A stretch of 64,000 nucleotides of DNA from an uncultured Myxococcales bacterium (GCA_964545715.1 CAZJHX010000039.1:4204-68203), one strand, 5' to 3'; positions 24,086-34,827 are shown, numbered from the stretch's first letter. Numbers and translations: made by a program. Notes: generated by a model not told the origin, from the letters alone.

Positions 24086-24772
24086 TTAGCCCTGGGGGGT
24101 GGCCTGGCGGTTGCTGGCCATCTCGACGCCGACCCGGATGGGATAGGTGGCGTCAGAGTCCTCGAGCTGCAGCTGCAGCGTGCTGCCCATGAGGCGTACT
24201 TCTACATATATAGGCTGCTCGTTGGCGTCGACCGCAACGGCGTCCCCATACACGAAGCCGGCCTCGTAGCCGGCCGAGAACGCCACGCCCGCGTCTGCCT
24301 CGAGCACGTCCGCAGACATCGTGGTGGACACGTCTCCCTGAATGACCAGGCGCCCGGCGCCCGGCGGGCGCGTCTTGACCTCAAAGGCTTGAAGGATCAC
24401 TGACGGGGAGTCCACGTACCACTCGACAACGTTGTCGCGATCGTATTCGAGGCGGGTGCCCTCGGCGCGCAACGACAGTACGGGCGTGGCGGCGACTGCT
24501 TGAACCATCGTCGTCGGGCGACCTACGGCCGTCAGCTGCCATCCCCATGCCCACGCGCCTTTGGGCGCGGTCATGGTCAGGCCTTGCTCGGTGAAATGCA
24601 TGGACACCTGCTCGGGCCCATCGATGCGAAAGCCGGCCTGTGTCGGGTTGATGATGTGCTCAGGCGGTGGTTCGCCCAGCGTCGGTTCGGTGGCACAGCC
24701 TGCGGCCAGTAGCAGCAGCACTGCTGCGACCCGGGTCAGGGTGCGCTCCCTCTGGTTAAGATACGAGTCCAT
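24086..24772 (-). CDS. Hypothetical lipoprotein
   Basis: The signal is LTRVAAVLLLLAAGCATE (lipobox). No recognisable domain. The ORF is clean and lies between two intergenic regions. Confidence 0.45.
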   Translation of the reverse strand: MDSYLNQRERTLTRVAAVLLLLAAGCATEPTLGEPPPEHIINPTQAGFRIDGPEQVSMHFTEQGLTMTAPKGAWAWGWQLTAVGRPTTMVQAVAATPVLSLRAEGTRLEYDRDNVVEWYVDSPSVILQAFEVKTRPPGAGRLVIQGDVSTTMSADVLEADAGVAFSAGYEAGFVYGDAVAVDANEQPIYVEVRLMGSTLQLQLEDSDATYPIRVGVEMASNRQATPQG

Positions 24773-24938
24773 GACATTCCTTGCCCCCTCGGCAATCTAA
24801 TCCTCTGCAGGTTCCATCCTGCTTGGCCAGCTTACGCGATATAGAGGGGATCGGATCGCAGTCAACGTGTTGCGCCTGTCAACGCGAGGCGCTGTAAACT
24901 TGTGAAGTTTGCAGACGGGTCTGCTACCTTACCGCGCC

Positions 24939-26039
<1,101 letters not shown>

Positions 26040-26057
26040 GGCCCGCCCCCGCTCGTT

Positions 26058-26627
26058 TCACAACGGGCGCTGCTCACAGCGTCCCGCCTCGCCATAACAC
26101 GCCCCATTTACGCAGCATCCGTCGCATTCGTCCCCCAGCGGACAACTCCGGCGTGTGCAGTGGCCGCTGCTCGTGCAGTCGTGATCGGCCTCGCAAGGCG
26201 CCGTCTCACTGCAGGGCCCGACACGGCAGCGGTGATCGGAGCCACAAAACTGCCCCTCGCCGCAGCCGGCATCGTCAGCGCAGCCCTCCGCACAGCTTGC
26301 CGGAATCGGGAACGGACACAGGCCCGGCGGCTGATTGCAATAGCCGACACCGGAGCTCGTCTGGCAGTCGGCGTCCGAGCTGCACCCGCTGTCGCGCCAA
26401 TCAAAGGGGCACGGCCCGCTCCCGGGCGCGTACATGATCGTCCCGGGCGCCATACACACCGTACCGGACGAGCTCTTGCAGTCGGAGTCGCTATGACACC
26501 GGCCGCTGTCCACCGAGCATATGTCCGCCTCGGCGGCGTCCGAGGTCCCGCTACCGGAGCTTTCGTCTGAGCTGGAACAGCCGGCCAGCAGAGCGGCTGC
26601 GGCGAAGAGGATGTTGAGTCTACACAT
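26058..26627 (-). CDS. Small cysteine-rich lipoprotein (189 aa, about 26 Cys)
   Basis: The ATG at 26627 gives MCRLNILFAAAALLAGCSSSDE. The mature part is rich in Cys, Ser, Gly and Asp (DCKSSSGTVC..., CSSDADCQTSSG..., DECDGCCVNGAC). No known domain recognised. Confidence 0.45.
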   Translation of the reverse strand: MCRLNILFAAAALLAGCSSSDESSGSGTSDAAEADICSVDSGRCHSDSDCKSSSGTVCMAPGTIMYAPGSGPCPFDWRDSGCSSDADCQTSSGVGYCNQPPGLCPFPIPASCAEGCADDAGCGEGQFCGSDHRCRVGPCSETAPCEADHDCTSSGHCTRRSCPLGDECDGCCVNGACYGEAGRCEQRPL

Positions 26628-26631
26628 GACG

Positions 26632-26958
26632 CTAGCTCGAGCCGCGGTGAGTGGTATCGCAAACATCGGTTGTGCAGCCGCCGGTACAGTCGATCCCGCA
26701 CGTCTGGTAGGTCTCGCCTTCTTCGCAGGACCCGTTGCCGCAGCACGGGGACGCAAACTCGATATCGCCGCACGTCCCGTCGATGCACCTGACATGGCAG
26801 CACACGCAGCCGGGCTGCGCACAGTCGAGTTCAGTCGAGCACGACCCGCCCGGCATGCAGTTGCCCGGCTCACAGTTCGAGCACCCCGCCGGTGCTATCA
26901 GGAGGACCGCCACCAACAGAGTCGTTATGGTCCCGGACCACGGCAGAGAGCGTTGCAT
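26632..26958 (-). CDS. Small cysteine-rich lipoprotein (108 aa, about 22 Cys)
   Basis: The internal ATG gives MQRSLPWSGTITTLLVAVLLIAPAGCSNC. The remainder is a Cys-rich mature peptide. It is separated from the next Cys-rich gene by 4 nt. Confidence 0.4.
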   Translation of the reverse strand: MQRSLPWSGTITTLLVAVLLIAPAGCSNCEPGNCMPGGSCSTELDCAQPGCVCCHVRCIDGTCGDIEFASPCCGNGSCEEGETYQTCGIDCTGGCTTDVCDTTHRGSS

Positions 26959-27048
26959 CGCAATCCAGATGGTAGTCCAACACCGGCGCTTCCCCACGGA
27001 CGGGATCGCACGACAGCCCTCAGGTGTGATGCACGTCAGAGGGGCCGT

Positions 27049-28764
27049 TCAGGGTCGCCGCCTGCCCCGAATCGTGCGCATCAGAGCCAGGCCCAGCAAA
27101 GCGCCCCCAACCATGAAATACAGCGGCCAGGTCTGCGACTCCGGCTCGGGGTGACCCACGTCCAGGGTAATGTCGCCGCCGCCCTCAGGATCGTCTCCAG
27201 CTCGGGCCGGATCGTGCGGGAGCTCCACTTCTGGGGGTGGGTTGCCGTTCTCGTGAGGTTGCGGCGGTGGTGCGCCGCCATCGCCGGATGACGCCTGTTC
27301 GCCGGGGTCCGGCGCGAGTGGATCGTCCGTATTGTCCGGTGACTGCCTGTCCGTCGAATCGCCTGCGGCAGGACCACCCATGCCTGGCGCGGACGGGCGG
27401 TTCAGCGCGCCGTCGGACCCGGCCGTCGGCGCGGGTGGGCGCTGGGAGGGATCGATGCGGCTGTGGGTGCCGGCCGCAGCAGACGGCGCCGCTACAGACG
27501 CGCCCGGCGACGGACGGCTGCTCGGGTCCACACGGCTGTTTTCGCCCGGCCCGACTCCCGGCTCGCCGGTCTCGCCCTCCGTCTCTTCTTCCGGCTCTTT
27601 CTTCTCACCGCCGTCGCGGAAATCCGGGATGCCGTCGCCGTCCGAGTCCACCGGAGGCGTGCGCCAGTCCAGGTCGCCGGCCTCCATGCGGTCGAGCTTG
27701 CCGTCGCCGTCGGAGTCGGAGTCGAGCGCGTCTGGAAAGCCGTCCTGATCGGTGTCGACCGGCACACCGCCGGCAGCCTCATCGCCGTCCGAGATCGTGT
27801 CGCGATCGGTGTCCGCCTCCATGGGGTCGGTGCCGGCCGCGGCCTCCTCGGCATTGGACAGCCCGTCCTCGTCGGGGTCCGCGTCCGCGCCGTCGCCGGG
27901 GGTCTCGTCGCACAGATCGCCGATGCCGTCCTCATCCTGGTCCTGTTGGTCCGCGTTAGCGATATCGCGGCAGTTGTCCTCTTCGTCCGGAACGTCATCG
28001 CCATCATCGTCGTCGTCGCAGCCGTTCAGCAGGCCGTCGTTGTCGGGGTCCTTCTGGCCGGCCACGGCAACCTGCCACTGCGTGATCACGTGCCGGTTCT
28101 TGCGCGCGCCCGTCGCCGCGACCAGGCCCATATAGCCCGTGCCGCCAATGAGCTCGTGCAGGACCAGCGAGACGCCCATCACCGGCTCAGCAGGCCGGTT
28201 GGCGCCCGCCGACATATAGACGGTCAGGATGCTCTCCGGCGCGGAGTACTCGATCCACGCGTACACGGTCTGACCGCCGTTGAGGTCGACCGGCGACAGG
28301 CTGTGAGCGATGTGCTTGCCCGGCGCGCCCGAGCTGACCAGCCCGACGTGGTTGTTGTCGTGCTCGTGCGCGTTCTGCCAGGTGTCGAACTCCACGCCAA
28401 AGCCCGGCGCCACGCCGCCAAACGCCAGCTCGCCGCCCAGGCTGCCCAGCGCCGCGGGTCCCATTGCAGAGGCCTGGATCACAAACGCGATGCCGTCCGC
28501 GCCATCGGTGCCCTGCGACCCATCGATGGCAAACTGCAGCGTCACCTGAAACGACGACTGAAAGTCCAAGGTCAGCGGGCACGTCCAAAACGCGCTGCCG
28601 CCTTTGTAGGTCATATCCGGCGTCAGGGTCAGGCCCGAGGTGCTCGAGACGGCCGTGCCCGCCAGCGAGACAAACTGCGACTCCGCCAGGCCGTCGATGC
28701 GATACGGCGGCTCGCCCTCACCGATGAGCAGGGCGGACAGCAGGGTGACCAGCGCGATATTCAC
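27049..28764 (-). CDS. Secreted L-type (legume-like) lectin domain protein with thrombospondin type-3 Ca-binding repeats and a C-terminal PEP-CTERM-like anchor
   Basis: The signal is MNIALVTLLSALLIG. Lectin_legB-like motifs: GADGIAFVIQ, GVEFDTWQN, NHVGLVSSG. TSP3 repeats: DPDNDGLLNGCDDDDDGDDVPDEEDNC, DEDGIGDLCD, DTDQDGFPDALDSDSDGDGKLD, DSDGDGIPDFRD. The C-terminus reads HPEPESQTWPLYFMVGGALLGLALMRTIRGRRRP. Confidence 0.7.
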   Translation of the reverse strand: MNIALVTLLSALLIGEGEPPYRIDGLAESQFVSLAGTAVSSTSGLTLTPDMTYKGGSAFWTCPLTLDFQSSFQVTLQFAIDGSQGTDGADGIAFVIQASAMGPAALGSLGGELAFGGVAPGFGVEFDTWQNAHEHDNNHVGLVSSGAPGKHIAHSLSPVDLNGGQTVYAWIEYSAPESILTVYMSAGANRPAEPVMGVSLVLHELIGGTGYMGLVAATGARKNRHVITQWQVAVAGQKDPDNDGLLNGCDDDDDGDDVPDEEDNCRDIANADQQDQDEDGIGDLCDETPGDGADADPDEDGLSNAEEAAAGTDPMEADTDRDTISDGDEAAGGVPVDTDQDGFPDALDSDSDGDGKLDRMEAGDLDWRTPPVDSDGDGIPDFRDGGEKKEPEEETEGETGEPGVGPGENSRVDPSSRPSPGASVAAPSAAAGTHSRIDPSQRPPAPTAGSDGALNRPSAPGMGGPAAGDSTDRQSPDNTDDPLAPDPGEQASSGDGGAPPPQPHENGNPPPEVELPHDPARAGDDPEGGGDITLDVGHPEPESQTWPLYFMVGGALLGLALMRTIRGRRRP

Positions 28765-28774
28765 CTCGGGGAGC

Positions 28775-29587
28775 CTACAGCTTTTTTGCCCCGGTCAAAT
28801 TCCAGACCAGCGCCGGGCCGGTTGGGCTCCCCTCGCTGGACACCGTGTCCTTCTCCACGCCGAAGAACTGCTCGCCGGTGGCGAACTCCGCTGTCAGCTC
28901 CGACACGTGGGACAACACCGGCGGGCCCTCCTCTGTGTACTTGGCCGTCAGCACAAAGGCGTTCTCCGTGAGGGCGCCCGTGTAACTGCGGTCGGGAAAG
29001 GTCAGCGTCACCTGGCCGTCGGCGATCTCCAGCTGCGCGTCGCCGCCCGCGTACATGACCTGACCCAACAGGCCGCCGTGCTGCTTGTCCGGGTCCGCGG
29101 TCACCGTCCAGGTGCCGCTGTAGTCCGCATCCACGCACGCCGCATCCACGCACCACTGCCCCTCCTGGCACATCTCGGCCACGCCCTCGGAGTTGCCGCA
29201 GGAGTCGAACCAGAAGACGTTGTTGTTGTGGCACTCCTTCTTGTCGTTCGTGTAGCAGATCTCGTTGCACTGGCCGAACTGGCAGACCTTCTCCTTGCCG
29301 CACAGCTCGTAGATCACGCCCTCGTTGCCGCACGAGTCCAGCCACACGACGGTGCCCGCGTCCTGGCAGGTCTTGGAGAACTTGGGCGCGCACTCGATGT
29401 CCCCCTGGACCACATCCGGCGGTTGATCACCGTCCGCAACCACCACATCGGCGCCGTCTTCAGGCGTCGGCACGTCAGCCGCGACATCCCCTGAATCGGT
29501 CGGCGCAGGGTCGTCGCCGTCGTCGCCGCATCCCACGATGGACGTGAGCAGGATCAAGCTGCAGACCCCGGCTTGTCTGACCTTCAA
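28775..29587 (-). CDS. Hypothetical lipoprotein carrying two copies of the WxDSCGN cysteine motif
   Basis: The signal is MKVRQAGVCSLILLTSIVGCGDD. Two motif copies: CQDAGTVVWLDSCGNEGVIYELC and CHNNNVFWFDSCGNSEGVAEMC. Confidence 0.5.
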   Translation of the reverse strand: MKVRQAGVCSLILLTSIVGCGDDGDDPAPTDSGDVAADVPTPEDGADVVVADGDQPPDVVQGDIECAPKFSKTCQDAGTVVWLDSCGNEGVIYELCGKEKVCQFGQCNEICYTNDKKECHNNNVFWFDSCGNSEGVAEMCQEGQWCVDAACVDADYSGTWTVTADPDKQHGGLLGQVMYAGGDAQLEIADGQVTLTFPDRSYTGALTENAFVLTAKYTEEGPPVLSHVSELTAEFATGEQFFGVEKDTVSSEGSPTGPALVWNLTGAKKL

Positions 29588-29638
29588 CGCGAAACACCCT
29601 CCCGTTCAGCGGCTGAGTCTACTACGCTGGGTAACTCG

Positions 29639-30628
29639 ATGCCCGAGATCACGCCACGCACATCGCCGCCCACCCGCCGTATTCGCGGCTTCCGCGGCAT
29701 CCTGGACCTTGGAGACCAGGTGCAGCTTCGGCGCCGCAGCTTCTGGGCCGGCTGGGGTGGCGCGATCACCACTATCTTCATGGGCGTACTGGTCGTCGCG
29801 CTGCTGGTCGGCTGGGTGCTGCTCTGGGTCAACCGGCCCGGCGGCGCCAACATGGCCCTGCTGACGATGGGCTGCATCGCGTTTACGCTGGTCCTGGCGC
29901 TGCTGGCGACCCTGCAAAACCGACTGACTGCGCACTGGCGTCTGCGACAAGCAGAGGCCCTCTTCTTGACCGGCGTCAGCCACAATCTGCGCACACCGAT
30001 CGGCGCGATCCGGGCGGCGGCGCAGGCGCTCGAGAGGCCCGCCCTGGATCCCGACAAGCGGCAGCGACTGGTGCAGGCCATCATTCACGAGACCCGGCGA
30101 CTGGCGCTGCGGGTCGACAATGTCATCGAGTCGGGACGCATGGAGGTGGAGCGCCTGTCTTTCGGCGGCGAGCCACTGGATGTCGGTGGCCTGATCGGCA
30201 AGATCGTTGAGGAGCATCGCGCGATCATCGAGACGCGGGGCGGTACCATCACCTTGGATGCGCCGGCGGCGGTCGGGGTGCAGGGTGACGAGCGCGCATT
30301 GCGCCTGATGCTGGAGAACATGCTGGACAACGCCGTGAAATACTCGGATCCGACCCCCGACATTCGCGTGACGGCGCGGCAACACGGCGCATTTGCCCTG
30401 CTGCAGATCCAAGACGGCGGCATCGGCTTTGCCCAGCCGGAAGGCGCGGAGCTGTTCCGCCAGTTCTTTCGCGGCGACACTGGACGGTCCGGCAGTGGGC
30501 TGGGATTGCCGCTCGCTCGGGCGGTCGCACGCGGGCACGGCGGCGAGATCCACCTGACCAGCGACGGGCCGGGCAAGGGCGCGGTCGCCGAGATATGGCT
30601 GCCTTTGGCGGGAGCGGAATATGGCTGA
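29639..30628 (+). CDS. Sensor histidine kinase
   Basis: Two TM segments. H-box is GVSHNLRTPIGAI. HATPase motifs are NMLDNAVKYS, DGGIGF and GSGLGL. The start is uncertain; the ORF opens at 29573. Confidence 0.75.
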   Translation: MPEITPRTSPPTRRIRGFRGILDLGDQVQLRRRSFWAGWGGAITTIFMGVLVVALLVGWVLLWVNRPGGANMALLTMGCIAFTLVLALLATLQNRLTAHWRLRQAEALFLTGVSHNLRTPIGAIRAAAQALERPALDPDKRQRLVQAIIHETRRLALRVDNVIESGRMEVERLSFGGEPLDVGGLIGKIVEEHRAIIETRGGTITLDAPAAVGVQGDERALRLMLENMLDNAVKYSDPTPDIRVTARQHGAFALLQIQDGGIGFAQPEGAELFRQFFRGDTGRSGSGLGLPLARAVARGHGGEIHLTSDGPGKGAVAEIWLPLAGAEYG

Positions 30629-31307
30629 GATCCTCCTGATCGAAGACGACCACACCCTGGGCATGACCCTAGAGATGAGCCTGGCCGACAACGGCCACCA
30701 GGTGCGCTGGTGTACGACGCTGGCGGGCGCACGCAAAGCGACCGATGAGGTGCCGCCTGACCTGGTCGTGCTGGACCTGGGCCTGCCGGACGGTGACGGC
30801 ATGGACCTGTGCCGTGAGCTGCGCACGGGCGGCAGCATCGCGCCGATTCTGATCCTGACGGCGCGCACGACCCTGGAGGCGCGCCTGGAGGGGCTGAGCG
30901 AGGGCGCCGACGACTACGTGACCAAGCCGTTTGAGCTGCCGGAGTTGGTGGCGCGCGTGGACGCCCTGCTGCGCCGACAGGACTGGCACCGGCCGGGAGA
31001 CAGCGTCACCATCGGGGAGCTGCAGGTGGACTTCCGCCGCCGTGAGGCCAGACGCGGCGGCGAGCCCGTCGCCCTGACCGAGCTCGAGCTGAAGCTGCTG
31101 CGCTTTCTGGTGGATCGCGCCGGCGAGGTCGTGTCGCGTGAGGAGATCCTGTCGCGTGTGTGGGGGCTGTCGCCGTCGACGCGAACCCGCACGGTGGACG
31201 TGTTCATCAGCCGGCTGAGGCGCAACCTGGAGCCGGACTCCGCCAAGCCGCGCTACCTCGTCAATGTGCGCGGAGTGGGCTACCGGCTGCGGCTGGCGGG
31301 CGAGTGA
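30621..31307 (+). CDS. OmpR-family DNA-binding response regulator
   Basis: Overlaps the kinase stop by 8 nt; an SD (GGAGCGG) is upstream. Receiver motifs are ILLIEDD, DLVVLDLGLPDGDG and a winged-helix C-terminus (RGVGYRL). Confidence 0.85.
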   Translation: MAEILLIEDDHTLGMTLEMSLADNGHQVRWCTTLAGARKATDEVPPDLVVLDLGLPDGDGMDLCRELRTGGSIAPILILTARTTLEARLEGLSEGADDYVTKPFELPELVARVDALLRRQDWHRPGDSVTIGELQVDFRRREARRGGEPVALTELELKLLRFLVDRAGEVVSREEILSRVWGLSPSTRTRTVDVFISRLRRNLEPDSAKPRYLVNVRGVGYRLRLAGE

Positions 31308-31321
31308 GCACCGCGCCACGG

Positions 31322-32071
31322 ATGAATAGACGGTCGCGCGCCACCGTTTCAATGGGTATGAGCAGCTCCCTCCTCCTTCTTCTCGCCCCCCTTGTCACTC
31401 TCGACGCAGGCGCCTCCAGCCTGGAACTTCAATACTCCGTTCGCGTCCGCGGCCACCGCGTCGGGCAGGCCAAAATCACCGTTGGATCACCCAAGATGCG
31501 GGCCGGCGCCAGGCTGCGGCGCGTGGTCTTCGAGGCGGACGTGAGACCGGTGGGCATCAGCGTGCTGCGCTTCGCCGGCAAGGCCACCAGCTGGACCCGC
31601 AAGGGCTGGACTCCGGTGGATGCGAACTGGGACTGGCAGGAGATGGCCACCCGAACGCGGGTAGAGGCGTCGTGGAAGAACGGCCGGATCGACGCCAAAT
31701 ACCTGCGCGATGGCCGGCTGAGAAAGCGGATCCGCAGCAAGACCGAGGGGCCGTGGTCGGACGTGATCTCGATCTTCCCCTGGCTGATGGACCAGAAGAT
31801 GAAGCCCGGCAATGTGCTCAAGACGACCACGTTTACCGGCAACCAGATCTACAAAGTCAGCGCCGTGGTTCAAAAGCCGGAGTCGATCGCCCTGCCGTCG
31901 GGCCGCACAAAGGCCTATCCGCTGGCCTTCACGGCGATTCGGCCGGGCAAGACCCGCAAATTCACGCTGTGGATCGAGGCCAGGAGCAAGACGCCGTGCA
32001 AGATCCAATTCGACTACGAGCTGCTCGGCGCGGTGGACGCGGTCTTGACGCGGAAACGCCGACGTAAGTAG
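31322..32071 (+). CDS. Hypothetical exported protein (possibly DUF3108-like)
   Basis: The ATG at 31322 gives MNRRSRATVSMGMSSSLLLLLAPLVTLDAGA, a signal peptide. A beta-rich body follows. No confident domain. Confidence 0.4.
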   Translation: MNRRSRATVSMGMSSSLLLLLAPLVTLDAGASSLELQYSVRVRGHRVGQAKITVGSPKMRAGARLRRVVFEADVRPVGISVLRFAGKATSWTRKGWTPVDANWDWQEMATRTRVEASWKNGRIDAKYLRDGRLRKRIRSKTEGPWSDVISIFPWLMDQKMKPGNVLKTTTFTGNQIYKVSAVVQKPESIALPSGRTKAYPLAFTAIRPGKTRKFTLWIEARSKTPCKIQFDYELLGAVDAVLTRKRRRK

Positions 32072-32083
32072 CGTACCCAGGTC

Positions 32084-33226
32084 GTGTCCTCAGCCCGCTC
32101 TCCCATCGTGCTCCTGATCCTGGCCCTGGCCGCCTGCACCGGCTCGTCCGGCAGCCGGTGTGTGGAGACGCTGACGCCGGAGCGGCCCGGATGGCTGGCG
32201 GCTGCGCCAAAGGACACGGATGCCGCGCTGCTGCGGGTGGGCCGATCGGAGGATCCGGCCATGGGTGCGGCGATCAAAGCCGCCGAAAAGGACGCGGCGC
32301 GGCAGCTTGTAGAGCAGCACTACGGCACCGTGCTGGAGCGCGACTACCAGCAGATCCGCACCGAGCTGCAGACGCGTGTGGTGGAGCAGCTGAGCTCCAG
32401 CGCTGAGGGGGCGGTGGCCGGAACGCGCCAGCGCGAGGTCTACTGGGAGCGCTGCCGCACGGACGGCGCCGGCTTCACATTTCGGGCGTCGGTGCTGGTG
32501 GAGGCGGACCGCAAGACGTTTGCCGAGGCCGTGCGTCGCTACATCGAGGCGTCCCCGAAGGTCGTAGAGGCCCGAGCTATCGCCGCCGAGAGCCGCCGGC
32601 TGCTGGAGACGCACTCACGTGCGGCCGCGCAGGGCCTGGAAACCGACAAGCGTGCGGAGGTGGCGCGCGAATACGCCGAGATGATCCGCACCGGGCGAGC
32701 GCTGGACCAGCGCGAGGCCCGCTATCGCCGCTTGTTGGGGCGCGACCTGCCCCTGGCGCGCTGGCACACCGACAAAAACGCGACCGCGCTGCGGGAAAAG
32801 GCGGCAACGCTGCGTGCGGCGACCCGAGTGGCGATCTCGGCCGGCGATGATCGGCTGCGCACGGCGCTGGCAGCGGCGACCGAGGGCCTGGGGCTGTCGG
32901 TGGTGGCCGGCGGCTGCCGCAAAGGCGTCACGCTGGCCCTGCGCGCGGTGGCCAAAGAGCCGGCCTGCGAGGACACGGGCATGCACACCCAATGCGAGTT
33001 GGTGGTCGCCGTCGAAGTGCGCGACTGCGCGGCCCGCAAGCGCCTTGAGCAGGCGCAGTTCCGGGGCGCATCCACACGCGGAGCGGCCATGAGCGTCCGC
33101 GACGCCACAGCCAAGGCGTGGCGCAATCTGGGCGGTCAAAACCAGGCGCTGTTGCGTGCCGAGATCGCCTCAGTGCTGGGCCGGCATGTCCCGATGCATT
33201 ATGATCCTGGGCGCAGTGAAGATTGA
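32084..33226 (+). CDS. Hypothetical lipoprotein
   Basis: GTG start. The signal is SSARSPIVLLILALAACTGS (lipobox). The body is an Ala/Arg/Glu-rich helical region. Confidence 0.45.
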   Translation: MSSARSPIVLLILALAACTGSSGSRCVETLTPERPGWLAAAPKDTDAALLRVGRSEDPAMGAAIKAAEKDAARQLVEQHYGTVLERDYQQIRTELQTRVVEQLSSSAEGAVAGTRQREVYWERCRTDGAGFTFRASVLVEADRKTFAEAVRRYIEASPKVVEARAIAAESRRLLETHSRAAAQGLETDKRAEVAREYAEMIRTGRALDQREARYRRLLGRDLPLARWHTDKNATALREKAATLRAATRVAISAGDDRLRTALAAATEGLGLSVVAGGCRKGVTLALRAVAKEPACEDTGMHTQCELVVAVEVRDCAARKRLEQAQFRGASTRGAAMSVRDATAKAWRNLGGQNQALLRAEIASVLGRHVPMHYDPGRSED

Positions 33227-33899
33227 GAAGCCCGTATTTCCAGAAGACCTGAGACCGGACGAGAGCGGGCTGGTGGGCTGGGGCGCCGACCTGTCGGAAG
33301 CGACCCTGGTCGAGGCGTACTCAAAGGGCATCTTTCCCTGGTCGGGCGACCCTCCGATCCCGTGGTACTCGCCGGACCCGCGGCTGGTGCTCTTTCCCGA
33401 AGAGTTTCGAGCGTCCAGGAGCCTGAAGAAGCTCGCCCGCAAGGGCGTCTACCGCCTTACATTTGACCAGTCCTTTCGCGCTGTGATGACCGCGTGCGCG
33501 GAGGTGGAGCGCCCCGGGCAGGGCGGCACCTGGATCACGGGCGATCTGATCGACGCCTACTGCCGGCTGCACGCGCGCCGCATTGCGCACAGCATCGAGG
33601 TCTGGGAGGGCGACACGCTCGTAGGCGGCCTGTACGGGCTGACGCTTGGGCTGGGCTTTTTTGGCGAGTCGATGTTCGCGCACCGACCCAACGTCTCGAA
33701 GCTGGCGTTGATGGCGCTGTGCCGCGAGCTGACGACACGACAATTTCACTTTATCGACTGCCAGCAGAATACAGACCACCTGCGCAGCCTGGGCGCGTCC
33801 CCGATCTCGCGGTCGGAGTACGAGTACCGGCTGCGGCGGGCGCTGAGGCACGAACCCCATCACTATCAGTGGTCAAGCTGGGGCGTTCAGCCGCCGTAG
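33201..33899 (+). CDS. aat: Leucyl/phenylalanyl-tRNA--protein transferase
   Basis: Contains LVEAYSKGIFPWS, CAEVERPGQGGTWITGDLIDAY, EVWEGDTLVGGLYGLTLG and FFGESMF. The start is ambiguous among 33186, 33201 and 33216. It overlaps the upstream lipoprotein 3' end. Confidence 0.75.
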   Translation: MILGAVKIEKPVFPEDLRPDESGLVGWGADLSEATLVEAYSKGIFPWSGDPPIPWYSPDPRLVLFPEEFRASRSLKKLARKGVYRLTFDQSFRAVMTACAEVERPGQGGTWITGDLIDAYCRLHARRIAHSIEVWEGDTLVGGLYGLTLGLGFFGESMFAHRPNVSKLALMALCRELTTRQFHFIDCQQNTDHLRSLGASPISRSEYEYRLRRALRHEPHHYQWSSWGVQPP

Positions 33900-34354
33900 C
33901 GGTTGTGCGTCTCCAAAGAGGGGTCGGGCGGCAGGTTCAAGAACTCCTGCGGGAAGTTGTCGGCCACGTGGCTGAGGATGTCGCGGATGCTGATCGAGGC
34001 CACCGGGCGTCCCGCCTCACCGATGACCGGCAGGCTGCGACAGCCGCTGGAGACCATGATGGCAAGGGCGCTGGCCAACGACCGCTGCGCCTCCACGCAC
34101 TTCGGCTGCGGCGTCATGACGGCGGCCAGCGGGCCCTCGCGCCAGGCCGCATCCTCCAGATTCACGCGGGTGCGCACGTCTTGCTGAGTGAAGATCCCGG
34201 TCACGCGACCGTCAGCGCCCTGAACGATGCAGCCGCCGCGGTTCTTCTCGCGCATCTGGGTGATGGCGTCCCCGACGGTGGCGTCTTCGGTGATGACAAC
34301 CGGGTTCCGTGTGGGGATCTGCTCGACGGTCGTAGCGGCAAGTGCTTCCAGCAT
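33887..34354 (-). CDS. CBS domain pair protein
   Basis: Two CBS motifs: VVITEDATVGDAITQMREKNRGGCIV...GIFTQQDV and MTPQPKCVEAQRSLASALAIMVSSGCRSLPVIGE. Confidence 0.7.
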   Translation of the reverse strand: MLEALAATTVEQIPTRNPVVITEDATVGDAITQMREKNRGGCIVQGADGRVTGIFTQQDVRTRVNLEDAAWREGPLAAVMTPQPKCVEAQRSLASALAIMVSSGCRSLPVIGEAGRPVASISIRDILSHVADNFPQEFLNLPPDPSLETHNRYGG

Positions 34355-34356
34355 GT

Positions 34357-34827
34357 TCAGCCTCCTCCGATATCGACCCAGCCGTCGATCTCAAACTCCG
34401 ACGTCTCGGAGCCCTTGTCCTCGAGCACAGCGAACAGTGCGCTCAGGTGGGCCATCACCTCGCGAACGCCCAGCAGGGCGACGGGGCGGCCGATGTTGTC
34501 GACGATCGGGATGTTGGTGAAGCCGAACACGGCCATCTGATTCACGGCGTACGTTACACAGTCTTCGCGGCGCAGGGTGCGCGGGTCGCTGGTCATCACG
34601 TCAGCCATCGCGGTCTCGCTCGGCTTGCGGCCAACGGCAGCCACGCGATTGAGCAGGTCGCGCTCGGTGAAGATGCCCACCAGGCGATCGCCCTCACATA
34701 CGAGTACGGCGGCGCTCTTGCAGCGCTGGATCGTCGCGGTTGCGACATCCACGGTGTCCTGCGCGGATACGATCGGCAGATCACCTGGCGTGATCAACTC
34801 ACCGATCGTCTTCTGAATGACGTGCAC
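34357..34827 (-). CDS. CBS domain pair protein
   Basis: CBS motifs: IVSAQDTVDVATATIQRCKSAAVLVCEGDRLVGIFTERDLL and MTSDPRTLRREDCVTYAVNQMAVFGFTNIPIVDN. It sits in tandem with the previous CBS gene, 2 nt apart. Confidence 0.7.
   Translation of the reverse strand: MHVIQKTIGELITPGDLPIVSAQDTVDVATATIQRCKSAAVLVCEGDRLVGIFTERDLLNRVAAVGRKPSETAMADVMTSDPRTLRREDCVTYAVNQMAVFGFTNIPIVDNIGRPVALLGVREVMAHLSALFAVLEDKGSETSEFEIDGWVDIGGG

Noticed and set aside
27463-28971. 502-aa plus-strand ORF antisense to the lectin/TSP3 gene
   Set aside because: Arg-rich low-complexity translation. The minus frame has lectin and TSP3 motifs.
29606-30868. 420-aa minus-strand ORF antisense to the histidine kinase
   Set aside because: No motifs. 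The plus frame has the H-box and ATPase motifs.
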